Positions 29,604 through 32,000 of a stretch of DNA of 32,000 nucleotides are shown here, in pieces; positions within the stretch are counted from its first letter, which is position 1, and the number at the start of each line of letters is the position of its first letter. This stretch comes from Candidatus Saccharimonadota bacterium (GTDB lineage Bacteria; Pseudomonadota; Gammaproteobacteria; Enterobacterales; Enterobacteriaceae), in contig NZ_CP069383.1 in NCBI RefSeq assembly GCF_017656055.1, positions 120,001 through 152,000 of the forward strand, given 5' to 3'. The translations under genes and the position numbers were made by a program. The notes below the pieces were generated by a model. The model made no database searches, was not told the origin of the DNA, and was given only the letters and a program-made list of their open reading frames with translations.

Positions 29604-29918
29604 TTAATATTTAATAAAATCAATATGTATTATGTTATTTTTTATAGGATTTATTTGAATTTCTTTTATATAAACTATAATTTTTTTTTTATTTTTTTTA
29701 TCAATAAGATATATTTTTTTTAAATTATTATTATATATTTTTTTTATATTTTCATGAAATTTATTTTTTATATTTATTTTAAGATTAATATTTTTTGAGT
29801 ATATTATTGCTGGTATATATTTATTTTTTCTGTAATTATAATTATTTATTTTACCACTTTTTTTTCTTATTATATATTCTATTATATTTTTATTATTTAA
29901 ATTATTGTATTTTTCCAT
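29604..29918 (-). CDS. rplY: 50S ribosomal protein L25 (short, 5S rRNA-binding form)
   Basis: 104 aa. KYIPAIIYSKNINLKINIK aligns with E. coli NKFPAIIYGGKEAPLAIEL, and the C-terminus NIIHIDFIKY with KLQHIDFVRA. The N-terminus is about 10 aa longer than E. coli and overlaps the tyrS 3' end by 22 nt, so the true start is uncertain. Confidence 0.8.
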   Translation of the reverse strand: MEKYNNLNNKNIIEYIIRKKSGKINNYNYRKNKYIPAIIYSKNINLKINIKNKFHENIKKIYNNNLKKIYLIDKKNKKKIIVYIKEIQINPIKNNIIHIDFIKY

Positions 29919-31261
29919 ATTATTATATAGTATTTTTTTTTACCTTTTATTATTATTGTATATTTATCATATAATAAATCATTTTTTGTAAATTTATATT
30001 TGAAATCAAATATTTTATTACCGTTAATTTTTATTCCGCCTGATATTATAATGTTTTTTGCCTTACTTTTAGATTTTATTACATCAAGTTTTAATAATGT
30101 ATCTATTAAATTTATTCCTAATTTTAAATATATTTTATTTATACCTATATTTATTAAATAATTTATTTTTTTTTTACTTATATTTATAATATTATTATTT
30201 TTATTATAACTTTTATTTAGAGAAAAATTTTTATTTATATTTTTTTCATATATTATTTTTACTAAATGATTAGCTAATATTTTTTTACATTTTATAATAT
30301 TATCAATATTTTTATTTTTTTCTAATTCGTATATATAATTTAAATCATAAAAAGTTAGCATTTTGAATAAATCAAATATTTTATTATCTTCTATATTTAA
30401 TATATATTGATATAATTCATAAGGAGTAGTTTTTTCTTTATCTAACCATATTATTTTTTTCTTATTTATATTAGATTTTCCTAATTTAAATCCTTTTTTA
30501 TCTGTTAATATAGGAAAAGTTAATCCAAATACTTTTTTATTATATAATTTGTATATTAAATTTATTCCAAAATTTATATTAGAAAATTGATCTGAACCTC
30601 CTATTTGCAATTTTACATTATTTTGTTTATACATTTTTAAAAAATCATAGCTTTGTAACAGTACATATGAAAATTCTTTAAATGATATATTATTATTATT
30701 TTCTAATCTTTTTTTTATGAATTTATTATTTATAATTTTTTTTATTGAAAATAAATTACCTATATAATATATAAAATTTATTATATTTATTTTATTAAAC
30801 CATTCTGAATTATTAATAATATTTACTTCAAATTTATTTATATATGAAAATTTTTTTATTTGATCTATTATTTTTTTTTTGAATTTATTTATTTCATCTT
30901 TAAATATTATTTTTCTATTTTTATTTTTAAAACTTGGATCTCCTATTAAAGAAGTTGAATCTCCTATTAAAATAAATATTTTATTACCATAATTATATAA
31001 TCTTTTTAATAACGTTAATGATAATAAATGTCCTATATGTAGACTGTCATATGTTAAATCATAACCACAATATATATTTAAATTTTTATTATTTATATAT
31101 TCTTTTAATTCTTTTTCATTAGATATTTTATATATTAATTTTCTATTATATAAATCATCTATAAAATTTTTGTTTAATATCATATATGTATTTTTTATAT
31201 TATTGTAATATACTGTATTATAAAAATTATATAAGACTTTTATTAAGTTATGCACTTTCAT
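29897..31261 (-). CDS. tyrS: Tyrosyl-tRNA synthetase (likely true start at Met27, nt 31183)
   Basis: 454-aa ORF. IYCGYDLTYDSLHIGHLLSL (HIGH), LIGDSTSLIGDPSFK, FSYVLLQSYDF, LQIGGSDQFSNI, KLGKS (KFGKT-type), an S4-like C-terminal domain, and an ending KKKYYIIIWK similar to E. coli KKNYCLICWK. Counting back from YCG to the start, Met27 (MILNKNFIDDLYNRKL vs SNLIKQLQERGL) fits the E. coli N-terminus. Confidence 0.93.
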   Translation of the reverse strand: MKVHNLIKVLYNFYNTVYYNNIKNTYMILNKNFIDDLYNRKLIYKISNEKELKEYINNKNLNIYCGYDLTYDSLHIGHLLSLTLLKRLYNYGNKIFILIGDSTSLIGDPSFKNKNRKIIFKDEINKFKKKIIDQIKKFSYINKFEVNIINNSEWFNKINIINFIYYIGNLFSIKKIINNKFIKKRLENNNNISFKEFSYVLLQSYDFLKMYKQNNVKLQIGGSDQFSNINFGINLIYKLYNKKVFGLTFPILTDKKGFKLGKSNINKKKIIWLDKEKTTPYELYQYILNIEDNKIFDLFKMLTFYDLNYIYELEKNKNIDNIIKCKKILANHLVKIIYEKNINKNFSLNKSYNKNNNIINISKKKINYLINIGINKIYLKLGINLIDTLLKLDVIKSKSKAKNIIISGGIKINGNKIFDFKYKFTKNDLLYDKYTIIIKGKKKYYIIIWKNTII

Positions 31262-32000
31262 AAAAATGTTATATTTAAATTATTATTTATATTTATAACT
31301 TTTTATATAATATTTAATTTATATATAAAAAATTTAAATTCTTATATATCAAATTATTTACAAAATAAAAATAATAATTTTTTATTATATAGTAAAATAT
31401 TCAAAATTTCTAAGAAAAAAAATTTTTATAAAAATAAAATAATTGATATATTATTAAATCATAATTATAATTTATCTAAATTTATATTAAAACCAGGAGA
31501 TTTAATAATAAATAAAAATAATTTAATTTTTTATCATAGATATTTTAATTATATAAAAAAAATAGATAAAAATCTTATTATAAAAATAAAATTTAAAAAT
31601 AATAAATTATATAAAATTATAAATATATGTAAAAATAAAAAAATAAATAAAATCTTAATAAATCCTATTATAATAAATTTAATTAATTATGATAAAAAAA
31701 GTAATATAAATTATTGTAATTTTATTTTTAATATAAATATCTTTCCTAGAATATTACTAGATATACTTATTTTAATAGAAGATAAAAATTTTTATAATCA
31801 TTATGGTATAAATTTTAAATCTATTATAAGAGCATTATTACAAAATATTTATAAATTAAAATTTATGCAAGGAGCAAGTACTATTACTCAACAATTATCA
31901 AGAAATATATTTTTAAATAATAAAAAAAATATTATAAGAAAATTAAAAGAAATTTTTATATCATTTTGTATAGAAAAAAATATTAATAAAAATAGAATAA
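31250..32000 (+). CDS. mrcB: Penicillin-binding protein 1B (bifunctional transglycosylase/transpeptidase), N-terminal 250 codons; continues past the right edge
   Basis: Absent from the ORF track because it is edge-truncated. Hand translation is open from the TAA at 31244-46, with the first ATG at 31250: MHFHKNVIFKLLFIFITFYIIF (TM helix), KPGDLIINKNNLIFYHRYF (UB2H-like, E. coli RPGEFTV..IEMIRRPF), then glycosyltransferase motifs LILIEDKNFYNHYGIN (E. coli LLATEDRHFYEHDGIS) and MQGASTITQQLSRNIFL (E. coli VQGASTLTQQLVKNLFL). QGAST and the roughly 150-aa pre-GT region favour PBP1b over PBP1a or MtgA. Confidence 0.75.
   Translation, partial: MHFHKNVIFKLLFIFITFYIIFNLYIKNLNSYISNYLQNKNNNFLLYSKIFKISKKKNFYKNKIIDILLNHNYNLSKFILKPGDLIINKNNLIFYHRYFNYIKKIDKNLIIKIKFKNNKLYKIINICKNKKINKILINPIIINLINYDKKSNINYCNFIFNINIFPRILLDILILIEDKNFYNHYGINFKSIIRALLQNIYKLKFMQGASTITQQLSRNIFLNNKKNIIRKLKEIFISFCIEKNINKNRI

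Overview
This window is a very A+T-rich (by eye well above 80%; not computed), tightly packed stretch of chromosome from a genome-reduced gammaproteobacterial (Enterobacterales-like) endosymbiont. I can support 32 protein genes, 7 tRNAs and RNase P RNA. Almost all are housekeeping: five aminoacyl-tRNA synthetases (leuS, cysS, hisS, glnS, tyrS), replication (dnaX, dnaE, gyrA, ssb), ribosome and translation (rpsB, tsf, frr, rpsI, rplM, rplY, map, der, ybeY, tsaB), cell wall and rod shape (murA, uppS, mreBCD, mrcB), envelope quality control (HtrA-type protease, DolP-like, YfgM-like), and two shikimate-pathway genes (aroC, aroQ). Two edge-truncated genes missing from the ORF track, leuS at the left and mrcB at the right, were recovered by hand translation. 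Several E. coli synteny blocks survive with internal genes removed without remnants: glyW-cysT-leuZ, metT-leuW-glnU, rpsB-tsf-[pyrH]-frr-[dxr]-uppS, hisS-yfgM-[bamB]-der, dnaX-[ybaB-recR-htpG]-adk, mreBCD, rplM-rpsI. I see no mobile elements, CRISPR, prophage, toxin-antitoxin or defence-like cassettes, and no unexplained multi-gene system. The notable signals are molecular reductions. Pol III alpha ends right after its internal clamp-binding motif, and DnaX is cut back to domains I-III, so both sides of the tau-alpha contact are missing. The leuW-type tRNA-Leu(UAG) has collapsed from a long to a 5-nt variable region. The LeuRS CP1 region appears to lack the editing signature residues. tRNA clusters have 0-3 nt spacers and no encoded CCA. 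GyrA natively carries I83/N87. The standard genetic code (table 11) fits all genes.
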